Positions 41,498-50,718 of a DNA stretch of 64,000 nt are shown in pieces; position 1 is the first letter of the stretch, and each line of letters begins with the position of its first letter. The notes under the pieces were generated by a model. The model had not been told where the DNA came from. It worked only from the letters and a program-made list of their open reading frames with translations, and made no database searches. Position numbers and translations under genes: made by a program. This DNA comes from Candidatus Nomurabacteria bacterium GW2011_GWC2_42_20 (GTDB taxonomy: Bacteria > Patescibacteriota > Minisyncoccia > Phycocordibacterales > UBA1550), in assembly GCA_000998425.1 (NCBI GenBank), contig LCDG01000003.1:1619-65618 (forward strand), written 5' to 3'.

Positions 41498-42754
41498 CTA
41501 CAAAAACAGCAAATCGCGGTCTAACTCGTCTGCATCAGTGCCACTGGTCTTATGTTTCAACGCCTTCTGTGTTGAACCGAGGTGAACGATCCGTTTTCCA
41601 AGTTTGTACTCCAAAAGATCAATCTGTTTGTGTATTAGATCAAACTTGTCACTCTTTGTTGTGCCTCCAAACAGATCTGCCTGAGGCGTAAAATCGGCTG
41701 TTAGATCATCTAGTATTACTCCGGCTGTTCTATAAAGAATATCTTTTGAGTAGACCTTCTTAAATAGATTGCGAGTAATTGAAAGAGTAACTTCTGGAGC
41801 GTTTGAAGGCAATGATAGCGCGGAACTCGCAGACACTATTTTGAAATCTTTTGTTTTAAGAAAAATAGAAATTTTTTTTGGAACCAATTCATAATACCGC
41901 GCCTTTCTGCACGCGTCTTCTATATGCTTTGATATCTGAGACCACAAAAAAACTTTATCATTTGTAGCAGGATGAAATGTTCTCGTTTTTTGAATTGACG
42001 AATAGGTATTTTTTACATCAGTGTCTACATCCATTATTAAAATGCCATTGAGTTCATTCCAAATTGCTTCATACGGTTTTGAAAGACATTGCTTTACCCA
42101 TACTAAATCTTTTTCGCAAAAATCAACCGCTGTTTCTACACCTCTCCTTATCAATACCTCGGCAGTTTTTGGACCAATACCCCAAACTTTTCCAACAGGA
42201 ACTTTTGCAAGAAAGTTTGACGCTGTTTCTTTTTCAATAATCGTTAATCCGTTTGGCTTTACCCAGTTGGATGCGACCTTTGCTAAAACTTTTGTGGGCG
42301 CGAGTCCTATTGATACCGAAAGCCCCAGCTCGTCATTTATTTCTTTCTTGATTTGCTCCGCAATTTCCTTATATGTCTTTTTGAGCGTTCTGTCTAATCC
42401 AGTAATATCAGCGAAGCATTCATCTATACTGTATTCCTCTACGCAATACGCATACCTACTCACAATATCAAACATCTTGCCTGAATATTCCGCGTACGAT
42501 TTGTAGTCACCCGGAAGAATGATGGTACTCGGAAATTCTTTTTTAACTCTAAATATCGGCATTCCACGCACGACACCAAGAGCCTTCGCCTCGTATGAAA
42601 GAGCAGAGACAATCCCACGTTCCTCGCCTGTAACCACAGGGAGACCTTTTAGTTTAGGATTTTTTGCAACTTCAACCCCCACAAAAAACGCATCACCGTC
42701 TATATGCAAAATAACCTTTGATTTTGAGTTTTTTTGAAAATCATGCGCGTCCAT
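41498..42754 (-). CDS. dinB: DNA polymerase IV (Y family)
   Basis: HIDGDAFF, SYEAK..GV..GMP, YSIDE, K.LAK.AS...KPNG, WGIG. Confidence 0.93.
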   Translation of the reverse strand: MDAHDFQKNSKSKVILHIDGDAFFVGVEVAKNPKLKGLPVVTGEERGIVSALSYEAKALGVVRGMPIFRVKKEFPSTIILPGDYKSYAEYSGKMFDIVSRYAYCVEEYSIDECFADITGLDRTLKKTYKEIAEQIKKEINDELGLSVSIGLAPTKVLAKVASNWVKPNGLTIIEKETASNFLAKVPVGKVWGIGPKTAEVLIRRGVETAVDFCEKDLVWVKQCLSKPYEAIWNELNGILIMDVDTDVKNTYSSIQKTRTFHPATNDKVFLWSQISKHIEDACRKARYYELVPKKISIFLKTKDFKIVSASSALSLPSNAPEVTLSITRNLFKKVYSKDILYRTAGVILDDLTADFTPQADLFGGTTKSDKFDLIHKQIDLLEYKLGKRIVHLGSTQKALKHKTSGTDADELDRDLLFL

Positions 42755-42761
42755 ACGCCTA

Positions 42762-43400
42762 TTATACTCTATCTGAATGTGTCATACGGAATGAGACAAA
42801 GATGACTACAAACAATATTCCAACGAGTGAAAAAAACTTTAACGCTTCTCCATATAGAACTGCTTCGCTAGCGTATGCGGAAATAATTGCAAAAGGAAGC
42901 TCTGAAAGAAAGGTGATTATTATATAAATTCCCGCGGGATAACGGATAATGCCAAATGCGTATCCGAGCTCGGCTGGGAGCGCAATGCGTAAAAGTAAAG
43001 CAGTAGAAAAAGTTGCTCTCTTTTTAACCATACTGCTCCAGTCATCAAGTTTTTCCGTTGATACAAAATATGAAACGGCCTTGTACCCAAGATAGCGCCC
43101 TATAATATACGCAATAATATCACCTATGAACCAACCAAATAATAAATAAATAATTGTTGGAATTGGTCCCCAAATCAGAGTCGCGATAGGGACCAGCGGA
43201 ATGTTTGTCAGCGGACTAACAAGAGCGGCGAGCGCCGATGTTAGAATAAACACAAAAATCGCGAGAAGTTTATTTTGTATAGCTAACTCCTTTAGCAAAT
43301 CGGCAATTACATAAAACGAATTCTGCAGAACGCTTGAATACCAAAACAAAAGGGCGATAATTACCGCAAGTGATAAAAAAACAACAAGGCGCCTGTTCAT
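42762..43400 (-). CDS. TVP38/VTT (DedA-superfamily) membrane protein
   Basis: Multiple TMs, G...AY.IGR..G, LR...P; start at MNRR (TATACT 6 nt upstream). Confidence 0.8.
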   Translation of the reverse strand: MNRRLVVFLSLAVIIALLFWYSSVLQNSFYVIADLLKELAIQNKLLAIFVFILTSALAALVSPLTNIPLVPIATLIWGPIPTIIYLLFGWFIGDIIAYIIGRYLGYKAVSYFVSTEKLDDWSSMVKKRATFSTALLLRIALPAELGYAFGIIRYPAGIYIIITFLSELPFAIISAYASEAVLYGEALKFFSLVGILFVVIFVSFRMTHSDRV

Positions 43401-43441
43401 GCCATAAGTATACCTCCACACCTACTTTTTATAAAGTAAAT

Positions 43442-44083
43442 TCATTCGCGGGCGCGTAGAGAGCTTCTGAATGCATGTACGTTAAACACGACGACGATTG
43501 CAAAAATGATGAGACCCGTGACGATTTGGTACCTTAACGATAAAACCGCCACATAGCTGAAAACAAACGCAAACGGCGTAACACCGATGGCGGTCGCGAA
43601 TGTATACTGCGCGAATCGCATGTTGCTGATAGCACCGAGCGAGTAGCTTAAAACATCTACAGGAAGGATCATGCGAAGGAACACGACGTTCCAAAAAAGA
43701 TACTTTTGAGGGATTGCGTACGCGGTGCGACGCAATGTTTCCTTTGGGAAAAACGTTGCGATCCATTGTTGCCCGTATCTACGCGCCAATGTAAACGCCA
43801 CGATAGCGCCGAGCGTCCATCCAGCAACAGAAAGGAGCGCGGTCAGCATTGGGCCCCATAGAGTCGTTGCCAGTGGCATTAGTGGCACAGTGCTTAGTGG
43901 CGCAATTATCACAGCGCTTGCCGCCGTTAATACTATGTACACAAACATGCCAAACGGACCCGAAAGAACGTTTTGAAAAAGAGGCGTCTCAATCCAGAGC
44001 CCTGCTACGTATGACATTATCGCAAATGCAACGAGAACACCTGCAATCAACAAAGTACCACGCAATTTCAAATTAAATTTCAT
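43442..44083 (-). CDS. TVP38/VTT (DedA-superfamily) membrane protein
   Basis: GA..AF.LAR..G, LRM..P.D.LSY..G, T.IG..P. Confidence 0.85.
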   Translation of the reverse strand: MKFNLKLRGTLLIAGVLVAFAIMSYVAGLWIETPLFQNVLSGPFGMFVYIVLTAASAVIIAPLSTVPLMPLATTLWGPMLTALLSVAGWTLGAIVAFTLARRYGQQWIATFFPKETLRRTAYAIPQKYLFWNVVFLRMILPVDVLSYSLGAISNMRFAQYTFATAIGVTPFAFVFSYVAVLSLRYQIVTGLIIFAIVVVFNVHAFRSSLRARE

Positions 44084-44173
44084 AGTATTAGTTTAATCAT
44101 GACGCATCGTATGTGTATGTGAGTGCGCGGGAGTAGCAAGGTGTCTGTTCATATAGTAAGTATGAACAAAAAC

Positions 44174-44476
44174 CTATTTTGATATGATGAACAGAATAGA
44201 GAAAAGTGTAAGCGTGATTATCGCAAAAGTTCCTATTGTTTTCAGAAATAGATTCAATGACTCTGCCTTTTTCCCTTCAATAAGAAGCTGAACTGGTTGG
44301 TAGAAAAATATATATGCCATAACTCCGGCAGAAAGCACAAAAAGCGAGAGCATCGCAATGCCAACCAACACCGGAGCAACAGGCTCAGGTGTTTTTTCTG
44401 TGTAAAACATACCAAGTGCAACTATCGTGATGTACAGTGTAGCGGACAGGGCGTTTATGATTGGGTTTTCGGTCAT
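44174..44476 (-). CDS. Small three-TM membrane protein
   Basis: Hydrophobic 100-aa ORF; TACACT 6 nt upstream of ATG. Confidence 0.75.
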   Translation of the reverse strand: MTENPIINALSATLYITIVALGMFYTEKTPEPVAPVLVGIAMLSLFVLSAGVMAYIFFYQPVQLLIEGKKAESLNLFLKTIGTFAIITLTLFSILFIISK

Positions 44477-44534
44477 AGGTTAAGTGTACCAAATTTATAG
44501 CAAACAGAATCATCGCATTGCCTGTTTTTGTTCA

Positions 44535-44544
44535 AAGCTGGGAG
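44535..44544. repeat. Distal att core
   Basis: AAGCTGGGAG, identical to 50686-50695. Confidence 0.7.
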
Positions 44545-44601
44545 TTTGGGACGAAGTGGGAACTTTATTACTGATAAAAAACTTTCATATTGTTAATGCC
44601 A

Positions 44602-45687
44602 CTAGCTCTGATCCGGCCAGAATTCGATAATAAAATCATGTTTACTATACGGATATCCATCATATTCTTTTACAAAACCATTATTTTTTACACTTATTTT
44701 TGCCTTCATCAAACTTAACGCCTTTTTTACAATAAAAAGACCTATACCTGTTCCATCTTGAGCTATTCCTGACTTATCTTCTTTTGGCTTTTTAACATTT
44801 CTCCCTTGTCTATTTTCTAGAAATATTGTTTCTTTCTCGTCGTCCTCTATAGATACGCTAGTCATCGATAAAATTAATTTTTTAGATCTTGAAGATAGGT
44901 CAGCTGTAATTTCGATGTCAGTGTCGTGTAAAGCATACTTGCTGATATTGTCAAAAATTTGCCATATGACAGCGTTAAATAAACTGTGAACCACATTTAT
45001 TTTATTTAGTGAGGCTAAATCAGTATTTATATTAATATTTATTTCTATATTTTTTTTCCTCAGTTCATCAACAAAAGGATTAGTTAACCGATACATCGCC
45101 TTTTGAATATTTACAGGAAGAAATGAACCTGTACTATCAGCATACCCACCTATGATTCGAAGAGTTTCTATTTGTGCGTCTAAATCTATTGCCCTGTGAG
45201 ACATCTGACATACATCATTAGCAGCTATGTCTGTGTTTTCCTCAATTCTTCTTTTGACCTCATCCTTAAATTCTATATATGGACGTCCCCTGGCTTTGTC
45301 TGAGATGAGCCTATCAAAATTATCTTTAAATCTTCTTTGAAATTTAATTAGGTTGTGAGAAAATCTTCTTGTAACTGCGTCAAATGATTGCCTTTGACTT
45401 GTTGCAATTTGATTAAATTTAGGAATAAAACCTAAATAAATATTACATGATCTTTGAATCGACCTATTCCCTTGAAATAATTCGTGATCAGCTTTAACGA
45501 TTAAACGCACAGATCCGAGACTATTACTTCTGTATATATTTCGGTATCCTTTTTCAGTAAAATTATCATTTTGTGAAATACTAAACTTTTCTGGAAGTGT
45601 ATGGAGTTGCCCGTATCGTGCTACAACACTACCTTTTTCGTTTTGTAGTTCAAAAAATATTATTCCGTCATTATTATCGAGACTCAT
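44602..45687 (-). CDS. Cytoplasmic histidine-kinase-like (HATPase_c) protein
   Basis: RRFSHNL (H-box-like), QIFDNISKYA (N box), DGTGIGLFIVKK (G2 box); start at MSLDNN overlaps REC gene stop. Confidence 0.75.
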   Translation of the reverse strand: MSLDNNDGIIFFELQNEKGSVVARYGQLHTLPEKFSISQNDNFTEKGYRNIYRSNSLGSVRLIVKADHELFQGNRSIQRSCNIYLGFIPKFNQIATSQRQSFDAVTRRFSHNLIKFQRRFKDNFDRLISDKARGRPYIEFKDEVKRRIEENTDIAANDVCQMSHRAIDLDAQIETLRIIGGYADSTGSFLPVNIQKAMYRLTNPFVDELRKKNIEINININTDLASLNKINVVHSLFNAVIWQIFDNISKYALHDTDIEITADLSSRSKKLILSMTSVSIEDDEKETIFLENRQGRNVKKPKEDKSGIAQDGTGIGLFIVKKALSLMKAKISVKNNGFVKEYDGYPYSKHDFIIEFWPDQS

Positions 45688-46180
45688 GAATTTTCTTTGC
45701 GGCAACTTCTATCTGATCAACAAAAACAAAGGCGTCAGCGTGTTTATCAATCCAGGCATCAGCAATAGAATGAACCTCGCTTCCTGGGATATGCCCTGCG
45801 TATCCTGAACAAAAAATTATAAACTTCTCAGGGTATCTTTTTTTGATACTTTTAAGTAAGCCTATCCCACTCTCTTTTGGAGTTAAGACATTTCCAACTC
45901 CAACATAATCCATAAAGATAATGTCAGCACTTTTTATATCTTCAGCGTCAAAATTTATAACATCATTAATTTGATTAACATTCCAGCCAGCATTTCTAAT
46001 TGTCGACAGAGTAACACCAAAGTCTTCATCGTCTATAAATAAAATTTTGGTTATTTTTTTTATCTCTTCTATCGACAGTACTTTTTTACCTGAATATTTT
46101 GCTTTTATCCACTTTTCAGCCTTATCCATGCCAACAGTTGCCAATATTGTGCAAACTTTAGTTGCTATTGTTTCTATCAT
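45674..46180 (-). CDS. Single-domain response regulator (REC)
   Basis: ILFIDDE, IIFMD, IIFCSG, ADAWIDK. Confidence 0.8.
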   Translation of the reverse strand: MIETIATKVCTILATVGMDKAEKWIKAKYSGKKVLSIEEIKKITKILFIDDEDFGVTLSTIRNAGWNVNQINDVINFDAEDIKSADIIFMDYVGVGNVLTPKESGIGLLKSIKKRYPEKFIIFCSGYAGHIPGSEVHSIADAWIDKHADAFVFVDQIEVAAKKIHESR

Positions 46181-46293
46181 ATATTTATTCTTTAGTTTTT
46201 TTGTGGCTTCACTTTTTGAGAAAGTTCTTTCTTGTTGAATTTCCCATATTTGTTAATGATAGTCTACCACAATGTGGGAGGATACGCATTGTT

Positions 46294-46788
46294 TTAAGGA
46301 GTAATTTTAGAATCGATCTGTGTTTTTAAATCCATTTCTTTTGGAATAGAGGTAATATGCAGAATAGGAATACCGCACTGGTTTAGTACTCTATCCACAA
46401 AGCCGTCACGAACCTGCCTCTCTGGTCTTTGGTGTGTGTAATCATCGAGTTCAATGACAAGAACAGGCGAAATATTTTGTTTATCGAAAAGCACAAAGTC
46501 TACTGATTTTTGGTCTATTTTATTTCTGTATCCACCCCTAAGAGAGCCTTTACCTTCAAGCATTACGATTTTATCAAGAGCAAGTTGTGGAAAAATGTAA
46601 TATTTACCATCAACAGCTCGTTCAAGAACACTCAAAAATTCTCGCTCTGCACGAGTAAGTAACCATGTCTTTTTTGAATACGGAAGCCATTCATCTTTTT
46701 CGTTTACCCTCCCACCTTTTCTCGTTAATTCGCCCACAACAAATCCAACAACCGCAACGATGACAGCAAATATAACAAGATTATTCAT
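46294..46788 (-). CDS. DUF2726-type membrane-anchored PD-(D/E)xK-like protein
   Basis: LLT.AE..F...L, IFPQ, KSVDFVL.D, VIELDD..H, RD.FV......GIP.L.I. Confidence 0.8.
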   Translation of the reverse strand: MNNLVIFAVIVAVVGFVVGELTRKGGRVNEKDEWLPYSKKTWLLTRAEREFLSVLERAVDGKYYIFPQLALDKIVMLEGKGSLRGGYRNKIDQKSVDFVLFDKQNISPVLVIELDDYTHQRPERQVRDGFVDRVLNQCGIPILHITSIPKEMDLKTQIDSKITP

Positions 46789-47341
46789 GGTTAATATTAT
46801 CTAGAATTATTTTTGCTTCCGCAAGCAAATTTTTAGTTACGCTTAGGTTCCATGCTCGCATCGTGCTATGCCATTTCCGGTATTTAAGAAATTGCTCCCA
46901 TGTTAATTCGATTATTCTTTTAGGTTTATAATTCTTAAATATTTGCACAATAATTACATATTCAAATTTCTTTTCTAGCTGATTAATGTCATTATTATCT
47001 CCGCACCCATAAAATACACCAGTGGTAGTTCCTGGCTCCGAAACTGTTTTAATACTATACCTTTCTCCTTTGCGGCTTAACGCATCAACATTTTGAGTAC
47101 CTTCTGGTGCAGCTTGTAATTTTGACAAGCCAGCTATGAAATTATAAGTTTCTACCGCCAAAAATTCCCCTCTCTCGCCAACCATATTGTTTGTTCTTGC
47201 TAGGTTACGTCTCCTCAACTCTTGTTGGGTTTCACCGTAGTTTAGCCACAACTCCTCATTGTCTAATTGACCTAGATTTATTTTGTTCAAATCTTTATCA
47301 TGAGTAGAATTCTTCTCCTTTTTATTAGTTTCTATTCCCAT
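46781..47341 (-). CDS. Restriction-endonuclease-like PD-(D/E)xK protein
   Basis: NN.VGERGE...VDA...GERYSIK catalytic-type spacing. Confidence 0.6.
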   Translation of the reverse strand: MGIETNKKEKNSTHDKDLNKINLGQLDNEELWLNYGETQQELRRRNLARTNNMVGERGEFLAVETYNFIAGLSKLQAAPEGTQNVDALSRKGERYSIKTVSEPGTTTGVFYGCGDNNDINQLEKKFEYVIIVQIFKNYKPKRIIELTWEQFLKYRKWHSTMRAWNLSVTKNLLAEAKIILDNINHE

Positions 47342-47438
47342 AGCATTACTCTTACATATCCCATTTACTTAGTCCAGCAGAAAAGTGCCATCCTCAATAT
47401 CTTCTTGCTTGCAGAAACCGTATGATACATAATTTAAC

Positions 47439-47528
47439 TATGCCTGCGGGCGAGAGTTTTTTCGACTGTCGATTACCTAAATTGAAGGCAGGCATAACAA
47501 AATAGCTCTCATAACTGAGGGCTTTTTT
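47439..47528 (+). ncRNA. Candidate small RNA unit 1 in island (alternatively encodes a 21-aa leaderless peptide)
   Basis: TTGCTT-17-CATAAT promoter; TATGCCTGC/GCAGGCATA closing stem; terminator AGCTCTCA/TGAGGGCT plus T-run. Confidence 0.55.
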
Positions 47529-47617
47529 GCTGTCTAAAAACCGCAAAAATTCCTATATATCTAATGGATTTACATAGCGACCGCTTGCTATCATTAGCAA
47601 GTTAGTGTATTATCAAA

Positions 47618-47764
47618 TTGTAGCTTGACGTCAGAAAATTTCTATCGGCTTGCTGCGGGCATCAATAAAACGATGTACCTATGAGCGAAATGACACATTG
47701 TGTCTGCCGTCGCTCCGAGCTACAAATATAAGCGTCACCTCAACGGGTGGCGCTTTTATTTTTT
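47618..47764 (+). ncRNA. Candidate small RNA unit 2 in island
   Basis: TTGCTA-17-TATTAT promoter; TTGTAGCT/AGCTACAA closing stem; internal hairpins; terminator 47730-47755 plus T-run. Confidence 0.6.
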
Positions 47765-48208
47765 CTTCTTATTTTTCTTAAAATGAACTGAAATTATCTC
47801 AAGCTTCTCGTCTTGTAGTTCAAGGAGAACACGCAGTGACGGTTTCCCGACATGAGAGTAATCTTTTATATAGAAATGTTTTATGGGTGGCTCATATTCG
47901 TAAAAATCAAAATGAGTGATGGTTTCCTGCAGGTTATCTATAGCAAAAAATACAGCCGTCAAAGTCTGCTCTGCTGTGTGATTCTTGCTGAATTCTTTTT
48001 TGCGACTTTCAACAAAATGCTTCAAGGACTTGCGCGAAATATAAACTCTTATATTTTTATGAGGGTGACCTTTATGTTTAGACCCTCGAACGTCAAAGGC
48101 TCGTATTAGCTCAGTATGTTTTTCTATGAAGGATCCATGATCGAGATCGTAATACTCCCTCATTAGCTTTTTTATTTTATTTAATCTTCTTGGAATACTC
48201 GCTATCAT
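47756..48208 (-). CDS. Hypothetical protein, possible BECR-fold (barnase/EndoU/colicin/RelE-like) RNase
   Basis: VYISRKSLKHF...IDNL.ETI...D...HFYIK...LRVLLE...IISVHF pattern; basic tail. Confidence 0.5.
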   Translation of the reverse strand: MIASIPRRLNKIKKLMREYYDLDHGSFIEKHTELIRAFDVRGSKHKGHPHKNIRVYISRKSLKHFVESRKKEFSKNHTAEQTLTAVFFAIDNLQETITHFDFYEYEPPIKHFYIKDYSHVGKPSLRVLLELQDEKLEIISVHFKKNKKKK

Positions 48209-48403
48209 AATTGCTCATATTACCATTTTTGACGCCTTGCAGGAATTTTCACGGTTTTGCGTCCATAACAGTGAAAAAGTACTCGAAAATACAACTTTTC
48301 ACGGTTATTACATTGAAGAAAAATTTTTGTTTACCATAATTTCAAAATATGATATATTAGAAGAGCTTGAAGCGTATCGAGTGTAGGCATGTGACGGCAT
48401 CAC

Positions 48404-48631
48404 ATGCGAAAAAATTCACTGCATTCTCTACCCCTTACTTCAAGGGGTGTTTCGAGTTTCAAATTCTCACAGGAACTCATCGAGGAAACAATTCAGTGCT
48501 TTAGAGAGGAGAATACTGAAGATATCTCTCCCGAAACCGCAAACGAGTATCTCAACTCGCTTTCGGGTTTTTTCCTTGCGCTTGCTGACAATCCATCCCC
48601 TCATCCAAAAGATGAGAACGGGGATGTTTGA
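48404..48631 (+). CDS. Small acidic helical hypothetical protein of the element
   Basis: FSQELIEETIQCFREE...DIS.E.ANEYL..L; upstream of putative rep and recombinase genes. Confidence 0.55.
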   Translation: MRKNSLHSLPLTSRGVSSFKFSQELIEETIQCFREENTEDISPETANEYLNSLSGFFLALADNPSPHPKDENGDV

Positions 48632-48644
48632 TGTACCTATATAA

Positions 48645-48692
48645 ATGCACGCTACTTTCTCGATCCTTAAGGGACGAGAAAGTAGCGTGCAT
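48645..48692. repeat. 18-bp perfect inverted repeat
   Basis: ATGCACGCTACTTTCTCG-12nt-CGAGAAAGTAGCGTGCAT. Confidence 0.85.
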
Positions 48693-48701
48693 AAGTCAAT
48701 T

Positions 48702-49178
48702 ATGAAAAAGAAGCAACCAAGTTATATAAAACTCTACCGTGCCGACCTTAGTGCCCCGCACATCAAGAACCTCTCTGATCGCGAGTTTAGGCTTTGGGTT
48801 GTCTTAAAAGTTCTTGCTGGTTGGGATCCACGACACGAGGAACACTTCATGGTCGTAAAAAGTTCAATCAGAGACTTGCAAGCGAGCCACCTTCCTACAT
48901 GGAAAAGTTCAGGAAAGTTTAGCTTAACGATTAACCAACTGATTGAGAAAGATATGATTAAGCGCATAGGTGTAGGGAAAATGAAACTTTTGAATCCTGC
49001 TCTACGAGAAGAACAAGATTTTCTTCTCAAGGAACAAAGTGTTCTTCTGGAAGAAAATCTTGTTTCGCAGAAAGAACGGGAACGGGTCAACGAAAAGCTT
49101 CAGGACATCAAAAACCTGCTTGCAAATAACGGTATTTTGAGAAAGCGCGAAAATAATATTCCGCCTAAAGAAATATAA
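48702..49178 (+). CDS. Putative winged-HTH replication-initiator-like protein
   Basis: YIKLYR...LSDREFRLWVVL..LA.W...I.QLIEK.MI.R resembles phage replisome-organiser N-termini; start moved past the hairpin to ATG 48702. Confidence 0.5.
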   Translation: MKKKQPSYIKLYRADLSAPHIKNLSDREFRLWVVLKVLAGWDPRHEEHFMVVKSSIRDLQASHLPTWKSSGKFSLTINQLIEKDMIKRIGVGKMKLLNPALREEQDFLLKEQSVLLEENLVSQKERERVNEKLQDIKNLLANNGILRKRENNIPPKEI

Positions 49179-49239
49179 AGAAAAAAATGAAACTTAAACA
49201 AATATTGCTTCATTTAACCAAGGGGGCTATAGTAATTCC

Positions 49240-50718
49240 ATGAAATACATTATCTACTGTCGAAAATCCACGGAAAGCGAAGACAGACAACTTCTGTCAC
49301 TGGATGCCCAAGAACGGGAGCTTTTGGATATTGCTAATAAGCACAGCCTAGAAATTACAAAAGTTTTTCGCGAGAGCATGTCTGCCAAAGCACCTGGTCG
49401 CCCTATCTTTGACGAGATGATGAAAATCATTGAAAAAGGAAGAGCAGATGCTATCCTCTGTTGGAAAATTGATCGTCTCACGCGTAATCCTGTTGATGGC
49501 GGAAAAATTCAGTGGCTCCTGCAAACGAACAAGATAAAGTGCATTCAGACTTTCGAGAAAAGCTACTTCCCTAATGACAATGTTCTGCTCATGAGTATCG
49601 AGCAAGCAATGGCGAATCAATACATTCGAGACTTGAGCGTGAATGTAAAGCGTGGGCTACGAGAAAAATTGCTTCGTGGAGAATGGCCAAACAAGGCACC
49701 TTTTGGATATACAAACGACAAGGGGTCTAAGTTTGTCATTCCTGATCCTGTTCGTTCAAAATATGTTTCTCGTGCTTTTGAAATCTACCTCACGGGCTCA
49801 CATGGCACAAAAGATATTTCAGAAATTCTTTACAAGGAGGGTTTACGCACGGCTACAGGAAAGAAAATTTTGAAGGGGCGCATTCATAGCATTCTTTCCT
49901 CAATTTTCTACACGGGCATCATGGAAAAAGAAGGAAAATATTATGAAGGCAAACATAAGCCACTCATCTCAAAAGAAACTTTTGAGAAAGCTCAAGATCT
50001 TATGCACGGCCGTTCACGACCCCGCCCACAACGATTATTCTTCCCTCTTCGTGGCTTTCTCAAGTGTGAAAATTGCGGATGCGCCCTCACTGCATCTCTC
50101 AAAAAAGGTCATCACTATTACTACTGCACGGGAAACAGAGACTTTTGCAATGAACACAAAAGCTACATGCGAGAGGTGTACCTATATGAGAAAGTTTCTG
50201 CTGTCCTCGAATCAATTCATTTTTCAGAACGCAAGATCGAGATTATGTATCAGGCGGCCAAGGAGAGACTCGAGTTTGATAATGGGTACAACAACCAGAC
50301 TATATCCACCCTCCAAAACCATTTAAAATCGCTTGAGACGAAAGAATCCCTTTTGCTCGACACTTTCCTCGCTGAACAGATTACAAAGGATTTATACGAC
50401 GCTAAAATCCTCGCTTTGCGTAATGAGCGAGTTCAAGTTACCAAGCAACTCAAAGAAGCCGAATCACGACAACCTGTCGCGCTGTTGGAACCTACCAAAA
50501 ATGCTTTTTTAACCGCTAGTAGAGCCTCAAAAGAGTTTTTAGAAGGCGACGATTTGAAGAAAAGAAATATCCTAGAAAGTCTCTGTTGGAACCTTTCGCT
50601 CAAAGAGAAAAATATCCATACAGTGTCGCTCAAAAGTCCTTTCGACATCATGTCAAAAGCATCGAAAAATGACGGTTTGTGCACTAAGCTGGGAGGCTTG
50701 GAATCGAACCAAGATTGA
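49240..50718 (+). CDS. Large serine recombinase (integrase)
   Basis: YCRKSTE, SL.AQ, E..SA...GRP.F, DRLTRN, recombinase domain (APFGY), Zn ribbon CENC/YYYC, coiled coil; ends inside tRNA (LGGLESNQD*). Confidence 0.93.
   Translation: MKYIIYCRKSTESEDRQLLSLDAQERELLDIANKHSLEITKVFRESMSAKAPGRPIFDEMMKIIEKGRADAILCWKIDRLTRNPVDGGKIQWLLQTNKIKCIQTFEKSYFPNDNVLLMSIEQAMANQYIRDLSVNVKRGLREKLLRGEWPNKAPFGYTNDKGSKFVIPDPVRSKYVSRAFEIYLTGSHGTKDISEILYKEGLRTATGKKILKGRIHSILSSIFYTGIMEKEGKYYEGKHKPLISKETFEKAQDLMHGRSRPRPQRLFFPLRGFLKCENCGCALTASLKKGHHYYYCTGNRDFCNEHKSYMREVYLYEKVSAVLESIHFSERKIEIMYQAAKERLEFDNGYNNQTISTLQNHLKSLETKESLLLDTFLAEQITKDLYDAKILALRNERVQVTKQLKEAESRQPVALLEPTKNAFLTASRASKEFLEGDDLKKRNILESLCWNLSLKEKNIHTVSLKSPFDIMSKASKNDGLCTKLGGLESNQD

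Larger units (their letters stand above)
44535..50695. mobile_element. ~6.15-kb integrative element in the 3' end of tRNA-Gln, mobilised by a large serine recombinase
   Basis: 10-bp direct repeat AAGCTGGGAG at 44535-44544 and 50686-50695 (tRNA 3' end); recombinase abuts tRNA; AT-rich cargo. Confidence 0.8.

Noticed and set aside
47672-48640. 11-mer GATGTACCTAT shared by RNA unit 2 and 48630-48640
   Set aside because: An 11-nt match between a ~130-nt query and a 6-kb island is plausible by chance, so it is not claimed as a guide-target pair.
48645-48701. N-terminal extension of the 48645 ORF
   Set aside because: Coincides exactly with an 18-bp inverted repeat; ATG 48702 is the likelier start.
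44535-50695. Calling the island a prophage or ICE
   Set aside because: No capsid, terminase, tail, relaxase or T4SS genes are present.
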